A DNA stretch of 64,000 nt from Kiritimatiellia bacterium (GCA_040767085.1 JAXGPF010000010.1:32001-96000), one strand, 5' to 3'; shown: positions 29,826-39,412, numbered from the stretch's first letter. Numbers and translations: made by a program. The notes: generated from the letters alone by a model not told the origin.

Positions 29826-32063
29826 ATGAATTTATCCGCGCGCTATGCCGAAAAACATCATGACGCGGTGCTGGAACTGCTGCAACGTCCAGGCATCGAA
29901 CCGCTGGATGAGGCCGCCATCGCCCGGGCCCTGGGCCTGCGGGGAGCGGCCCGTAAACGCCTGCGCTTGCTGCTGAATGCCATGACGGTGCAGGGGGAAA
30001 TTGTCCGCCTGCGCCAGGACCGCTATTCCCTCGGCTCGCCGGCGGACCTGGCGCCCGGCCGCCTGGAAATGCTCCGCTCCGGCGACGCCATCGTGCAGCC
30101 AACCGATAATTCCAGGGAAATTTTCGTGCCGCGCGACAACCTGGGCACGGCCCTGCCGCACGACAATGTGGTGGTCCGGCTGGACCCGCCCGGCGCCGCC
30201 GGCGCGGGCCGCCGGCGCACCGGCAAGGTGATCCGCATCCTCGAACGTTCCCGGCGGGCCATCACCGGCACGCTGCGTTCCACGGGCCGTTTTTTTTACG
30301 TTGTGCCGATTGATCCGGTTTACAACCAGGACTTCTACGTGGCCGATCCGCGCCAGGCGCGGGTGAACGACCGCGTGGTCGTTCAAATCACCGTCTGGCC
30401 CCACCGCCATGTCAATCCGGAAGCCGAAATCATCGAAGTTATCGGTCCGGCCGACGATCCCTCGCTGGACACCCTGGCGGTCATCCGGCATTTCGGATTG
30501 CCCGAGGCCTTTCCCGCCGCCGCCCTTCGCGAAGCCGAAAGCGCCCCGGCCCGCCTGGCGGAGTCCGGCCGCCGGCGCGACGCGCGGGACTTGTTCGTTT
30601 TCACGATCGATCCGGCCACCGCGCGCGATTTCGACGACGCGCTCTCCCTGCAGACGGATGACCAGGGGCGGCGCGTGCTGGGCGTGCATATCGCCGATGT
30701 GGCGCATTTCGTCCGCCCCGGCCATCCCCTGGACGCGGAAGCCCGCCGCCGCGGCAACAGCGTGTACCTGCCCGACAAGGTAATCCCCATGCTGCCGGAA
30801 CAGCTTTCCAACGGCCTGTGCAGTCTCCGTCCGGACGCCGACCGCCTGGTGTTTTCGGCCTGGTTGACCTTTGACGATGCCGGCGCGCCGGTGCGCGCCG
30901 AATTTTCACGCAGCATTATTCGCTCCCGGCTTCGCCTGACCTACGAGCAGGGGCTGGAAATCCTGCAGGGCGGCTGTCCGGCAGTCTGCCGGCCGGCCGG
31001 CGTCGGCGAGGCCGGCCTGGGCGTGATCCGCCGGATTCACGAATTGGCGCAGCAACTTCGCCGCCGGCGCTTCCTCAAGGATTACGCGCTGGAATTGGAT
31101 GTGCCGGAGCACGAAGTCATTATGGGCCCGGCCGGCATGATTGTGGATATCCGGCGGCAGTTCAACGATATTGCGCACCAGATGATCGAGGAGTGCATGG
31201 TCGCCGCCAATGAAGCGGTGGACCGCGAGTTAAGCGCGCGGGGCCTTGCGATCCTGCACCGCGTGCACGAGCCGCCGGACCCGGCCAAGTTTGAACAACT
31301 GGCCGCCCAACTCGCGGAAATGGGCCTCCAACCCGGCGATCTCTCCAAGCGGCCCAACCTGGCGGCGTTTTTGAAAAAACTCGTCGGGCATCCCTTCGAG
31401 TACGACGCCAAGGTGGCCGTGCTGAAGAGCATGAAACGCGCCGTGTATTCCCCGGAACCGCTGGGCCATTACGGGCTGGCGAAAAAATATTACGCGCATT
31501 TCACCTCGCCGATCCGCCGTTATCCCGACCTGGTGGCGCACCGGGTGCTGGCGGAGCGGTTGCTTAACCGGCGCAATCCCTATAACGCCGCCGAGTTGAA
31601 AGCCCTGGGCGTGCATTGTTCGCATACCGAGCAGACGGCGGAGCAGGCGGAAAAGGCTTTGCTGGAAATCAAGAAATACCGGTTCCTGGAGCAGCAGCTC
31701 CGCCAGAAGCAACCCGTGGTTTACGATGCCGTCGTGGTGCATGTCCGCAATTTCGGCATGTTTGTCGAACTGGTGGAATTGCAAATTCAGGGGCTGGTGC
31801 GTGTCTCCGCCATCGCCGACAGTTTTGTGCAGTACGACCCCGCGCGCGAATCCCTGCGCGCCGGCCGCGCCGTCTTCCAGCGCGGCGGCCGGGTGCGCGT
31901 CCGCGTGGGCCGTGTTGATTTCGACAAGCGGCAGATTGATTTTGTGCTGGAGGGCGGCCCCGCCGCGGCGCTAAAAGACCGCCGCCCGCGGCCGGACGCG
32001 GCGGTCAAACAATCGCGGCCGGCGGCCCGCCGGCGCGGCGGCCGGCGGCCGCGGCGCGGGTAA
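29826..32063 (+). CDS. rnr: Ribonuclease R
   Basis: TIDPATARDFDDA, HIADV, IEECM, HFTSPIRRYPDL, S1 domain, basic tail. Confidence 0.93.
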   Translation: MNLSARYAEKHHDAVLELLQRPGIEPLDEAAIARALGLRGAARKRLRLLLNAMTVQGEIVRLRQDRYSLGSPADLAPGRLEMLRSGDAIVQPTDNSREIFVPRDNLGTALPHDNVVVRLDPPGAAGAGRRRTGKVIRILERSRRAITGTLRSTGRFFYVVPIDPVYNQDFYVADPRQARVNDRVVVQITVWPHRHVNPEAEIIEVIGPADDPSLDTLAVIRHFGLPEAFPAAALREAESAPARLAESGRRRDARDLFVFTIDPATARDFDDALSLQTDDQGRRVLGVHIADVAHFVRPGHPLDAEARRRGNSVYLPDKVIPMLPEQLSNGLCSLRPDADRLVFSAWLTFDDAGAPVRAEFSRSIIRSRLRLTYEQGLEILQGGCPAVCRPAGVGEAGLGVIRRIHELAQQLRRRRFLKDYALELDVPEHEVIMGPAGMIVDIRRQFNDIAHQMIEECMVAANEAVDRELSARGLAILHRVHEPPDPAKFEQLAAQLAEMGLQPGDLSKRPNLAAFLKKLVGHPFEYDAKVAVLKSMKRAVYSPEPLGHYGLAKKYYAHFTSPIRRYPDLVAHRVLAERLLNRRNPYNAAELKALGVHCSHTEQTAEQAEKALLEIKKYRFLEQQLRQKQPVVYDAVVVHVRNFGMFVELVELQIQGLVRVSAIADSFVQYDPARESLRAGRAVFQRGGRVRVRVGRVDFDKRQIDFVLEGGPAAALKDRRPRPDAAVKQSRPAARRRGGRRPRRG

Positions 32064-32069
32064 GCGCCC

Positions 32070-32150
32070 TGTAGTGGCCGCACTATGTGCGGCATCCGGC
32101 TGTAGTAGCCGCACGGTGTGCGGCATCCGGTAGTCCAGCCGCCGCGCGGT
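32070..32150. repeat. Tandem GTAG-type REP-like palindromes (two full units plus one degenerate)
   Basis: TGTAGTGGCCGCACTATGTGCGGCATCCGGC / TGTAGTAGCCGCACGGTGTGCGGCATCCGG; each has GTAG followed by a GCCGCAC-N3-GTGCGGC hairpin. Confidence 0.75.
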
Positions 32151-32223
32151 TATGCGGTGCTTCAGAATGCTGCTCGCCGGCGGCGGGATGCGGCTGAGCA
32201 AAGCCGCTGGCGAGGCAACGCTT

Positions 32224-34137
32224 ATGCGTGAATATTTTAAAAAACTTCCGTCCTGCTTGCCGGGGTGGGCGGCGCTGCTGTTGCTGGCCTGGCTGGCCCT
32301 GCCCGGCGATTACATCGCCATGGGGCGGGGCTTGGATGTGTCCTGGGTTTACGCGATCAATGCCGCCGCCGGCATGGGGTTGCGCTTCGGACGCGACTTG
32401 ATTTTTACGTACGGCCCGCTGGGCTGGCTGGCCATGCCCATGGCCGTTGACGACAACCTGGCCTGGGCGCTGGTGTTCAACCTGGCGTTGCACGGCCTGC
32501 TGGTGGCGGTGCTGGCGGTGCATGCCGCCGGCGGAGCCTGGGAACGCCTGGCCATGTTCGCCGGGGCCTGGTTGATCCTGCTCGGCGCGGGATTGCCGCG
32601 CGAGTATCAATGGCTGCTCTTGACGCTCATCCTGCTCGGCACGGCCTTGCGCGCGCCCCGGCCGGCCGCCGCGCTGGCCGCCGCCGCCGCCATCCTGGCG
32701 GCGGTTTTCTTACATATCAAGTTTTCACTGGGGGTCGCGGCCCTGGCCACCCTGGGCCTGTTTCACCTGCTGAACCTGGGCCTGCGCAATCCGCGCGCCG
32801 GCCGCCGCCTGTTGGAAGCGGTTGCCATCCTGGGAGCGGTTGGCGCGGGGCTGGCTTGGCTGCTTTTCAATAATTCGGGCGACTACCGGCAATGGCTGCG
32901 GGGTTCATTGGAACTGGCGGCGGGGTACAGTTCCGCCATGTCGCTCCCGGGGCCGGGTATGGAAGTTATTTTCGGCGTCTTAGTGCTGGCTTTGTATGCC
33001 GGGCTGACCGTGCTGGCTTGGACGCGCGATCGTGCTTCCGCGCTTTTTCCCGTGCTGGCGTCGGGCATATTCCTGGCGGCATTCAAGCACGGATTTGTCC
33101 GGCAGGATGCCCATGTCGTCATTTTCTTTACCGCGGCGTCCGGCATTTTCGCCGGCTGGTTGCTCTTTGCCCGGCGCGGCGCGTTTCCCGCGGCCGCGGT
33201 GGCGCTGCTGGTGTCGCTGCCCCTGGCGCTGGCCGTCGGCTCCCGGCATGGCGTCATGCCCGGCGGCGTTTATTACCGCCTGCTGAGCGGCCAGTCAGCC
33301 ATGGAAAAAGTGGAATATCTGCGCCATCGCAATGAATATGAACGCCGTTTCCAGGCGCAATTCAATGCCGCGCGGGAGGCCGCCGCCGTGCCGGCGCCCG
33401 CCCTGGCGGAAATCCGCGCCGCCGGCGCGGGGGTGGACGCGGTGCCCTGGGAACTGACCTGGATTCCGGGTAACCGCCTGCGCTGGCGGGTGCAGCCGCT
33501 GCTGCAGTTGTATTCCGCCTACACGCCCTGGCTGGACCGGTTTGCCGCGGCGCATTACACCGGCGCGGATGCGCCGGAATACGTGCTGTTGCATTATGGG
33601 AGTCTTGATGGACGCTACCTGGCCTGGGACGCGCCGCTGGCCTGGCAGATGCTTTTACGCTGCTACGAATGGCAGGCAGATTTGACGGCGGCGGGCTTGA
33701 CCCTGGTGCGCCGCCGGCCGGCGCCGCTGCCGGCGCCCGCCGCCGCCGGCAGCGCCATTTTGACGAGGGAAGAGTGGCTGGCCTTGCCGGAAACCAACGC
33801 TTTGCTCTTCGCGGCCCTGGACTTGCCGATGAACCTGCCCGGCCGGATGTTGAATGCGTGTTTCCGCGCCCCGCCGCTGCAGATGGAAGTTGAATACGAC
33901 GAGGGGCAGCGTTATCGTTTCCAACTGACGCCCGCCGTCGCCGGCCATGGCTTGCAGATTAATTTTCTTCCCGAGCGCTACAGCCAGTTGGCGCAATTCT
34001 GGCAGGGCGCCGCCTGGCATCGGGTCCGCCGGATCCGCCTGGCCGGCCCGGGCCGGAATTTTTATCCCGTGCAGGTGCCGGTGCAGTGGCGGAAATTGCC
34101 CATCATCATGGAATACCGGGGCCGGACTTCCGGCTGA
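32224..34137 (+). CDS. Polytopic membrane protein, putative GT-C-type glycosyltransferase
   Basis: About 11-12 TM segments; first loop GLDVSW...FGRDLIFTYGPLG; large C-terminal soluble domain; adjacent to GtrB-like GT2. Function inferred. Confidence 0.55.
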   Translation: MREYFKKLPSCLPGWAALLLLAWLALPGDYIAMGRGLDVSWVYAINAAAGMGLRFGRDLIFTYGPLGWLAMPMAVDDNLAWALVFNLALHGLLVAVLAVHAAGGAWERLAMFAGAWLILLGAGLPREYQWLLLTLILLGTALRAPRPAAALAAAAAILAAVFLHIKFSLGVAALATLGLFHLLNLGLRNPRAGRRLLEAVAILGAVGAGLAWLLFNNSGDYRQWLRGSLELAAGYSSAMSLPGPGMEVIFGVLVLALYAGLTVLAWTRDRASALFPVLASGIFLAAFKHGFVRQDAHVVIFFTAASGIFAGWLLFARRGAFPAAAVALLVSLPLALAVGSRHGVMPGGVYYRLLSGQSAMEKVEYLRHRNEYERRFQAQFNAAREAAAVPAPALAEIRAAGAGVDAVPWELTWIPGNRLRWRVQPLLQLYSAYTPWLDRFAAAHYTGADAPEYVLLHYGSLDGRYLAWDAPLAWQMLLRCYEWQADLTAAGLTLVRRRPAPLPAPAAAGSAILTREEWLALPETNALLFAALDLPMNLPGRMLNACFRAPPLQMEVEYDEGQRYRFQLTPAVAGHGLQINFLPERYSQLAQFWQGAAWHRVRRIRLAGPGRNFYPVQVPVQWRKLPIIMEYRGRTSG

Positions 34138-34292
34138 CCGTCCGCCCGCATCACGCCGGCCATGCCGATGATTTTGGAATGCGGCAGCCCCGCTGGGTTG
34201 GGGCAAGTTTGACGCCGCTTTTCTGCCGGACGCGCCGCCGGCGCAGCTTTTTTGCTTGAGATAGCCTGCCGGATTGTGTCAGATTACACTTT

Positions 34293-35312
34293 ATGAAATT
34301 GAGCATTGTCACAAGCTTATACAATTCCGCCGCGTTCCTGCCGGAATTCTACGAGCGCATCATCCGGGCGGCGCTCCGCTGCACGGACGACTTTGAGTTG
34401 GTTTTCGTGGACGACGGATCGCCGGACAATTCCAGCGAACTGGTCCGCGGTCTCATGGCGCGGGATGCCCGGGTGGTCCTGGTGGAATTGTCACGGAATT
34501 TCGGCCATCACCACGCCAGCCTGGCGGGCGTGATGGCGGCGCGGGGCGACCGGGTGTTTTACCTGGACGTGGATCTGGAAGACCAGCCGGAATGGCTGGA
34601 CTTGTTCGTCCGTGAAATGGGCCAGCACCAGTGCGACATCGTGTATGCCGCCCGGGAACAGCGCGCGGGGAATTGGTTCCGGCGCTGGTCCGGCTCCCTG
34701 TTTTACCGGCTGTTCAACATGTTTTCGGATGTCAAAATCGTACCGAACATCTGTTCCGCCTGCCTGATGCAGCGCGCTTTCGTGGAAGCCATGCGCGCCA
34801 TGCAGGAAAAAAACCTCTTCCTGGTCGGCGCCATGGCCTGGATGGGATTTCGCTCGCGCGTGATTACGGTGCAGCGTCCGGTGCGCGCCACGCCCTCCAA
34901 TTATACGCTCTGGCGGTCGCTGCGCCTGGCCGCCAACGCCGTCACCTCCTTTTCCGCGTATCCACTGCACCTGATTTTCCTGCTGGGGCTGGCGCTCTCG
35001 CTCTGCTTCGGCGGCATGGGCGCGTTCATGCTGGTGAAAAAAATCCTGTTTCCCCACCGCGTGTTCTTCGGGTACGCTTCGATTATCGTTTCCATCTGGT
35101 TTCTGGGCGGAGTGCTGATTCTGTTTATCGGGATCATCGGCATTTACCTGGCGAAAATCTTCACCGAGGTCAAGGCCCGGCCGCAATACGTCATCCGGCG
35201 GATTCACCGCGCCCCGGCGCCGCCTCCGGCCGGCTGGAATGAAAGCGGGTTTGAAATAGCCGCATCGGGCGCAATAGGGCAGGGCGGCAACGCGCAGGGG
35301 AAGCCAACATGA
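34293..35312 (+). CDS. GT2 glycosyltransferase, GtrB-like (polyprenol-P sugar synthase)
   Basis: VDDGSPD, LSRNFGHH, LDVDLED; two C-terminal TM helices; EVKARPQYVI. Confidence 0.85.
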   Translation: MKLSIVTSLYNSAAFLPEFYERIIRAALRCTDDFELVFVDDGSPDNSSELVRGLMARDARVVLVELSRNFGHHHASLAGVMAARGDRVFYLDVDLEDQPEWLDLFVREMGQHQCDIVYAAREQRAGNWFRRWSGSLFYRLFNMFSDVKIVPNICSACLMQRAFVEAMRAMQEKNLFLVGAMAWMGFRSRVITVQRPVRATPSNYTLWRSLRLAANAVTSFSAYPLHLIFLLGLALSLCFGGMGAFMLVKKILFPHRVFFGYASIIVSIWFLGGVLILFIGIIGIYLAKIFTEVKARPQYVIRRIHRAPAPPPAGWNESGFEIAASGAIGQGGNAQGKPT

Positions 35313-35974
35313 AACCAATCGTAATTTTCGGAATCGGCGGATTCGCCGACCAGGCCTTTTATTATTTCCGCCATGACTCGGCTTTCGACGTCCGCGCATT
35401 TACCGTGGATCAGAAGTACATTAAGGAACCGGCTTTTCACGGGCTGCCCGTGACGCCGTTCGAAACCCTGGCGGAGCAGTATCCGCCGGCGGCTTACGAT
35501 ATGTTCGTGGCCATGGGTTACAGCGATCTGAACCGGCAGCGCGCCGCCTGTTGCGCCCGCGTGCGCGCCCAGGGGTACAAGATGGTGAATTATTTTCACT
35601 CCAGCGCCCTGATCCCGCCGGACCTGGCGATCGGTGAAAATTGTTTTTTCCTGGAAAAAGTCGTGTTCCAGCCCTTTTCCCGCGTGGGCGACGGCGTGGT
35701 GATTTTAACCGACACCGGCATGGGGCATAACACCATCATCGGCGATTTCTGCTACATTTCCGGCGGCTGCTGCATTGCCGCGATGGTGGAATTCGGGCCG
35801 TATTGTTTCGTATCCCTGAATGCCACGTTCCGGCCCAAGGTGAAGATAGGCCGATCCGTGATCATCGGCGCCGGCGCCCTGATGCTTGAGGATGCCCCGG
35901 ATGAAAGCGTTTATATCGCCCGGGGCACGCCGCGGGCGCCGCGCTCCAGCCGCCTTTATCAAAAATTCATCTGA
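35309..35974 (+). CDS. Sugar acyltransferase, hexapeptide-repeat (NeuD/PglD-like)
   Basis: IVIFGIGG Rossmann start; FVAMGY; left-handed beta-helix repeats IGENC/VGDGV/IGDFC with His in MGHNT. Confidence 0.82.
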   Translation: MKPIVIFGIGGFADQAFYYFRHDSAFDVRAFTVDQKYIKEPAFHGLPVTPFETLAEQYPPAAYDMFVAMGYSDLNRQRAACCARVRAQGYKMVNYFHSSALIPPDLAIGENCFFLEKVVFQPFSRVGDGVVILTDTGMGHNTIIGDFCYISGGCCIAAMVEFGPYCFVSLNATFRPKVKIGRSVIIGAGALMLEDAPDESVYIARGTPRAPRSSRLYQKFI

Positions 35975-36041
35975 TCCGGCAACCGCGTTGAGCGTCCGGC
36001 GGCGGCCGGCCGCTCCGCCGTGGACGCCAGCGATACCCCCC

Positions 36042-37271
36042 ATGCAAATTCCAGGCAGAGGTAGAATTAACGATCCCGCGGTCCGGCGCAAAACGATCAT
36101 GATGCTGGGCGCGGGCAACAGCCAGTTGCCTGCCATCCGCCAGGCGGCGGCGCTGGGCTACTGCGTCATTACCGTGGATAACATCCCCGGCAACGCGGGG
36201 CATGCGCTGGCCCACCGCTGCGTCAATTGCAGCACTGTGGACCAGGCCGGCGTTTTACGCGCCGCGCGGGAACTGGCGATTGACGGCATCATGACCTTCG
36301 CCTCCGACTCGGCCACGCCCGCGGTTGGCTACGTCGCCGAGCAACTGGGCTTGCCCGGCTGTCCGGCCGCTGCGGCGCAGGTCATGTCGGACAAAGCCCG
36401 CTTCCGCGCTTTCCAGGCCGGCGCCGGATTGCCCTGCCCGAAATTTACGGTTGGCCGGAATGCCGAGTCCATGCGCGCCTGGCTGGCGGAGCAGCAAACG
36501 CCCCTGGTGATCAAGCCCGTTGACAGTTCCGGATCCCGCGGCATTTCCGTCGTGCCGGAGCCGGATTTCGACCAATGCCGGCGGGCGGTGGAATACGCGG
36601 GCCGGTATTCGCGTTCCGGCCTGGTCTGCGTGGAAGAATGCCTGTCCGGGTCGGATGTCAGCGGCGACGGTTTTCTGGTCAACGGGGCGCTCGCGGCCGT
36701 CATTACCCATAAATATAAAAACAAGCTGGTCCCGCGCGGGCACCGCCTGCCGGCCGCTTTATCCGCGGCCGATCAGGAGGCCGTGCAGCGCGCGGTCGCC
36801 GCGCATTGCCGCGCCCTGAACTACCGGGACGGGCCGCTGGATTTTGACGTCATGGTGCGCAATGGCCGGGCGGTGGTCCTGGAGATGAGCCCCCGCCTGG
36901 GCGGCAATGGCATCCCGCTCCTGATCGCGCGCGGCGGGGGCGTGGATTTGATCGGCGCGACCGCGCGGTTCGCGGTCGGGGATTCCCCGGGCGTTCCCCC
37001 GGCAATACCGGTGCTCCGCGGCTGCGGCTCGTGGATTCTGGGCAGCGCGCGGGACGGCCGGCTGGCCCGGATCGCCTCCGCCGGCGCCATGGCGCAGGCC
37101 GTGCCGGAAATTTTCGATTACACCCTTTACCGCGAAATCGGCGCGCCGGTCGCGGCGATGGCGCACAGCGCCGACAGCCTCGGCTGGGCTCTTTTCGATT
37201 GCGATTCCGACACGCATTACCTGGACATCGTCGAACGCATTCAACGGGCCCTGGATTTGAGTGTCGTATGA
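36042..37271 (+). CDS. ATP-grasp ligase
   Basis: LGAGNSQ, MSDKARFR, VIKPVDSSGSRG, VEECL, LEMSPRLGG. Start uncertain (36042 or 36099). Confidence 0.85.
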   Translation: MQIPGRGRINDPAVRRKTIMMLGAGNSQLPAIRQAAALGYCVITVDNIPGNAGHALAHRCVNCSTVDQAGVLRAARELAIDGIMTFASDSATPAVGYVAEQLGLPGCPAAAAQVMSDKARFRAFQAGAGLPCPKFTVGRNAESMRAWLAEQQTPLVIKPVDSSGSRGISVVPEPDFDQCRRAVEYAGRYSRSGLVCVEECLSGSDVSGDGFLVNGALAAVITHKYKNKLVPRGHRLPAALSAADQEAVQRAVAAHCRALNYRDGPLDFDVMVRNGRAVVLEMSPRLGGNGIPLLIARGGGVDLIGATARFAVGDSPGVPPAIPVLRGCGSWILGSARDGRLARIASAGAMAQAVPEIFDYTLYREIGAPVAAMAHSADSLGWALFDCDSDTHYLDIVERIQRALDLSVV

Positions 37272-37287
37272 CAGGCGCGATTCCAAT

Positions 37288-38637
37288 ATGAAACTTACCT
37301 GGCGGATTTTAAATCGCTTGGCGAAAAAATTCGGCCCGTCGTTCTACCTGTTCGACGCCGCGGCATTTGACCGCAATTACGCGGAGTTGCTGGCCGCCTT
37401 CCGCCGCCATTACCCGCGCACGGCCCTGGCCTATTCCTACAAGACCAATTACCTGCCGCGCATGTGCCGTCGCGCGAACGAACTGGGCGGCTATGCCGAA
37501 GTCGTGTCGGGCATGGAGTATGAACTGGCCCTGCGGATCGGCGTCCCGCCCGCTAGAATTATTTTCAACGGGCCGTACAAGACCGCCGGCGATGTCGCCC
37601 GGGCCTTGCGCGATGGCGCCCTGGTGAACCTTGACAGCGCCGCCGAAGTGCCGCTGGTGCAGGCGGCCGCCCGCCGGGCGGGGAGCCGCGCCTTGCGCGT
37701 CGGCTTGCGCTGCAATTTCGATTTCGGCGCGCGCGGCATTTCGCGTTTCGGTCTGGACGCCGCCGGCGGCGCCCTGGCGGATGCCATTGCACGGTTGCGC
37801 CGGATCAAGCGGTGCCGGATGGACGGGCTGCACTGCCACTTCCTGCCGCCCGGCCGCGGTCCCGCGGCCTATGCGGCGGTCGCCCGGGGCATGCTGCAGC
37901 TTGCGCGGGAATGTTTTGGCGCGCGGCCGCCGGCCCTGCTGGACCTCGGCGGAGGCTTTTGCAGCAGGATGCGCCCGGAATTGGCGGAGCAATTTGATTT
38001 TAACATCCCGACTTTTCAGGAATACGCCCGCGCCATCGCCGCGCAGTTCGCGCGGGCCTATCCCGACGCGGCAGGCCCCGAACTCGTGCTCGAACCCGGC
38101 ATTGCGCTGGCCGCGGATGCGCTCCAATTCGCCGCCAAGGTCGTGTCGTTCAAAACCATTGGCGGTAAAAATTACGCCCTCCTGGCCGGTAGTGTCTATG
38201 ACATCAAGCCCACCAAAAACGCGAAAAACCTTCCCCTGCAACACTTGCCCCAACCGGGCAATGCGCGCGCGCGCCGTCCGGGCGGGCTCCTGGACCTGGT
38301 CGGTTATACCTGCATGGAAGACGATTGCCTGTACCGGAATTACATGGGGCCGTTGGCAGTGAACGATTACGTCGTCTTTCATAATGTCGGCGCGTACACG
38401 ATTGTTTTAAAACCGCCGTTTATCGTTCCGGCGCCGCCCATTTTGGCTGAGTCCGCCGCCGTACCGGGAGAATTTGAAACTGTGCGGCGCCAGGAGTCGT
38501 TTGACGACGTGTTCGCCACATACGTGTTCGATCCAGAGGCACAGAGGGGTAAAGGCGGAGAGGATCAGAGGGGCAGAGGATCAGAGGGGCAGAGGGGCAG
38601 AGGGGCAGAGGGACATAGGCACAAAAAGGCAGAGTGA
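37288..38637 (+). CDS. PLP-dependent fold-III decarboxylase (LysA/BtrK-like)
   Basis: YSYKTN (PLP Lys), EVVSGME, FNGPYK, LDLGGG, EPG, GYTCMEDD, VGAY; last ~33 aa encoded by repeat copy C. Confidence 0.85.
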   Translation: MKLTWRILNRLAKKFGPSFYLFDAAAFDRNYAELLAAFRRHYPRTALAYSYKTNYLPRMCRRANELGGYAEVVSGMEYELALRIGVPPARIIFNGPYKTAGDVARALRDGALVNLDSAAEVPLVQAAARRAGSRALRVGLRCNFDFGARGISRFGLDAAGGALADAIARLRRIKRCRMDGLHCHFLPPGRGPAAYAAVARGMLQLARECFGARPPALLDLGGGFCSRMRPELAEQFDFNIPTFQEYARAIAAQFARAYPDAAGPELVLEPGIALAADALQFAAKVVSFKTIGGKNYALLAGSVYDIKPTKNAKNLPLQHLPQPGNARARRPGGLLDLVGYTCMEDDCLYRNYMGPLAVNDYVVFHNVGAYTIVLKPPFIVPAPPILAESAAVPGEFETVRRQESFDDVFATYVFDPEAQRGKGGEDQRGRGSEGQRGRGAEGHRHKKAE

Positions 38638-38691
38638 AGCGAAGAAGTAATCCGTCTATGATCCTTTGATCCTCTGTGTCTTTGCTGCTGA
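38535..38691. repeat. Octamer-built foldback repeat, copy C
   Basis: About 12 octamers (AGAGGGGC/AGAGGATC...) then AATCCGTCTATGATCCTTTGATCCTCTGTGTCTTTG. Confidence 0.85.
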
Positions 38692-38799
38692 TTGAAAAAT
38701 TCAGAATTCAGCAGTCAGAATATTGTAAATTGACAGAAGCAAGTTTCAGGCAAAAATCCGGTCTAGACAAATCAGCGTAAAAATAATTGCAGAATTTTG

Positions 38800-38833
38800 T
38801 TGACGCGAAAGATTAAAGTGGTATAAATATACC
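38800..38833 (+). promoter_or_regulatory. Promoter of rrf2-hcp operon with overlapping palindromic operator
   Basis: TTGACG-16 nt-TATAAA with extended TG; palindrome GGTATA-AA-TATACC (38820-38833) covers the -10 box. Confidence 0.6.
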
Positions 38834-38884
38834 TGATTACTTGAAAGGCCGCCTGGGAAGGGGCTGGGGTGAGCGGGAGGGAGT

Positions 38885-39382
38885 ATGTCGTCGTTATTGA
38901 AGATTTCCGATGCGGTGTCCATCGGGCTGCATGCCCTGGTTGTCATGGCCGGCGAACCGCGCGGCGTGTTTTCGGCGGTCTGTCTGGCCCGAAACCTGGG
39001 GGTTTCCCGCAACCATCTCGTCAAGGTCTTGCAGCGGCTGGCCCGTGCGGGGTTGGTCAGGCCCGTGCGCGGCCCGCGCGGCGGTTATATTTTGGCGAAG
39101 GCGCCTGCGCGGATTACCCTGCGCCTGGTTTTGGAAGCGCTGGAAGGACGCCTGGAGCCTGCCGGCTGCCTCCTGCACCGGCCGATCTGCGGCGGCCATT
39201 GCCTGCTGGGCCCTGTCTTCCAGGCAGTCAACCAGCAGCTCGTGTCGTTTTTTTCAACTGCCAATATCGCCGCTTTGTCGGCGCGGCTGCCCGGCGGACG
39301 GGGCGGGGCGCGGAGGCCGGCCGGCCAAAAGGAGGAGTGTTTGGATTCCCGCCCCTGGCGGATAAGATTTAACGCGGTATGA
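38885..39382 (+). CDS. Rrf2-family transcriptional regulator (three Cys, probably Fe-S)
   Basis: HLVKVLQRL, RGPRGGY, ALEG, CLLHRPICGGHC. Confidence 0.9.
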   Translation: MSSLLKISDAVSIGLHALVVMAGEPRGVFSAVCLARNLGVSRNHLVKVLQRLARAGLVRPVRGPRGGYILAKAPARITLRLVLEALEGRLEPAGCLLHRPICGGHCLLGPVFQAVNQQLVSFFSTANIAALSARLPGGRGGARRPAGQKEECLDSRPWRIRFNAV

Positions 39383-39412
39383 CAGTTAACTATCGGGAAC
39401 AAGGAGGAGATC

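Noticed and set aside
37288-38637. Assigning the symbol lysA
   Set aside because: Divergent motifs and glycan-locus context; substrate uncertain.
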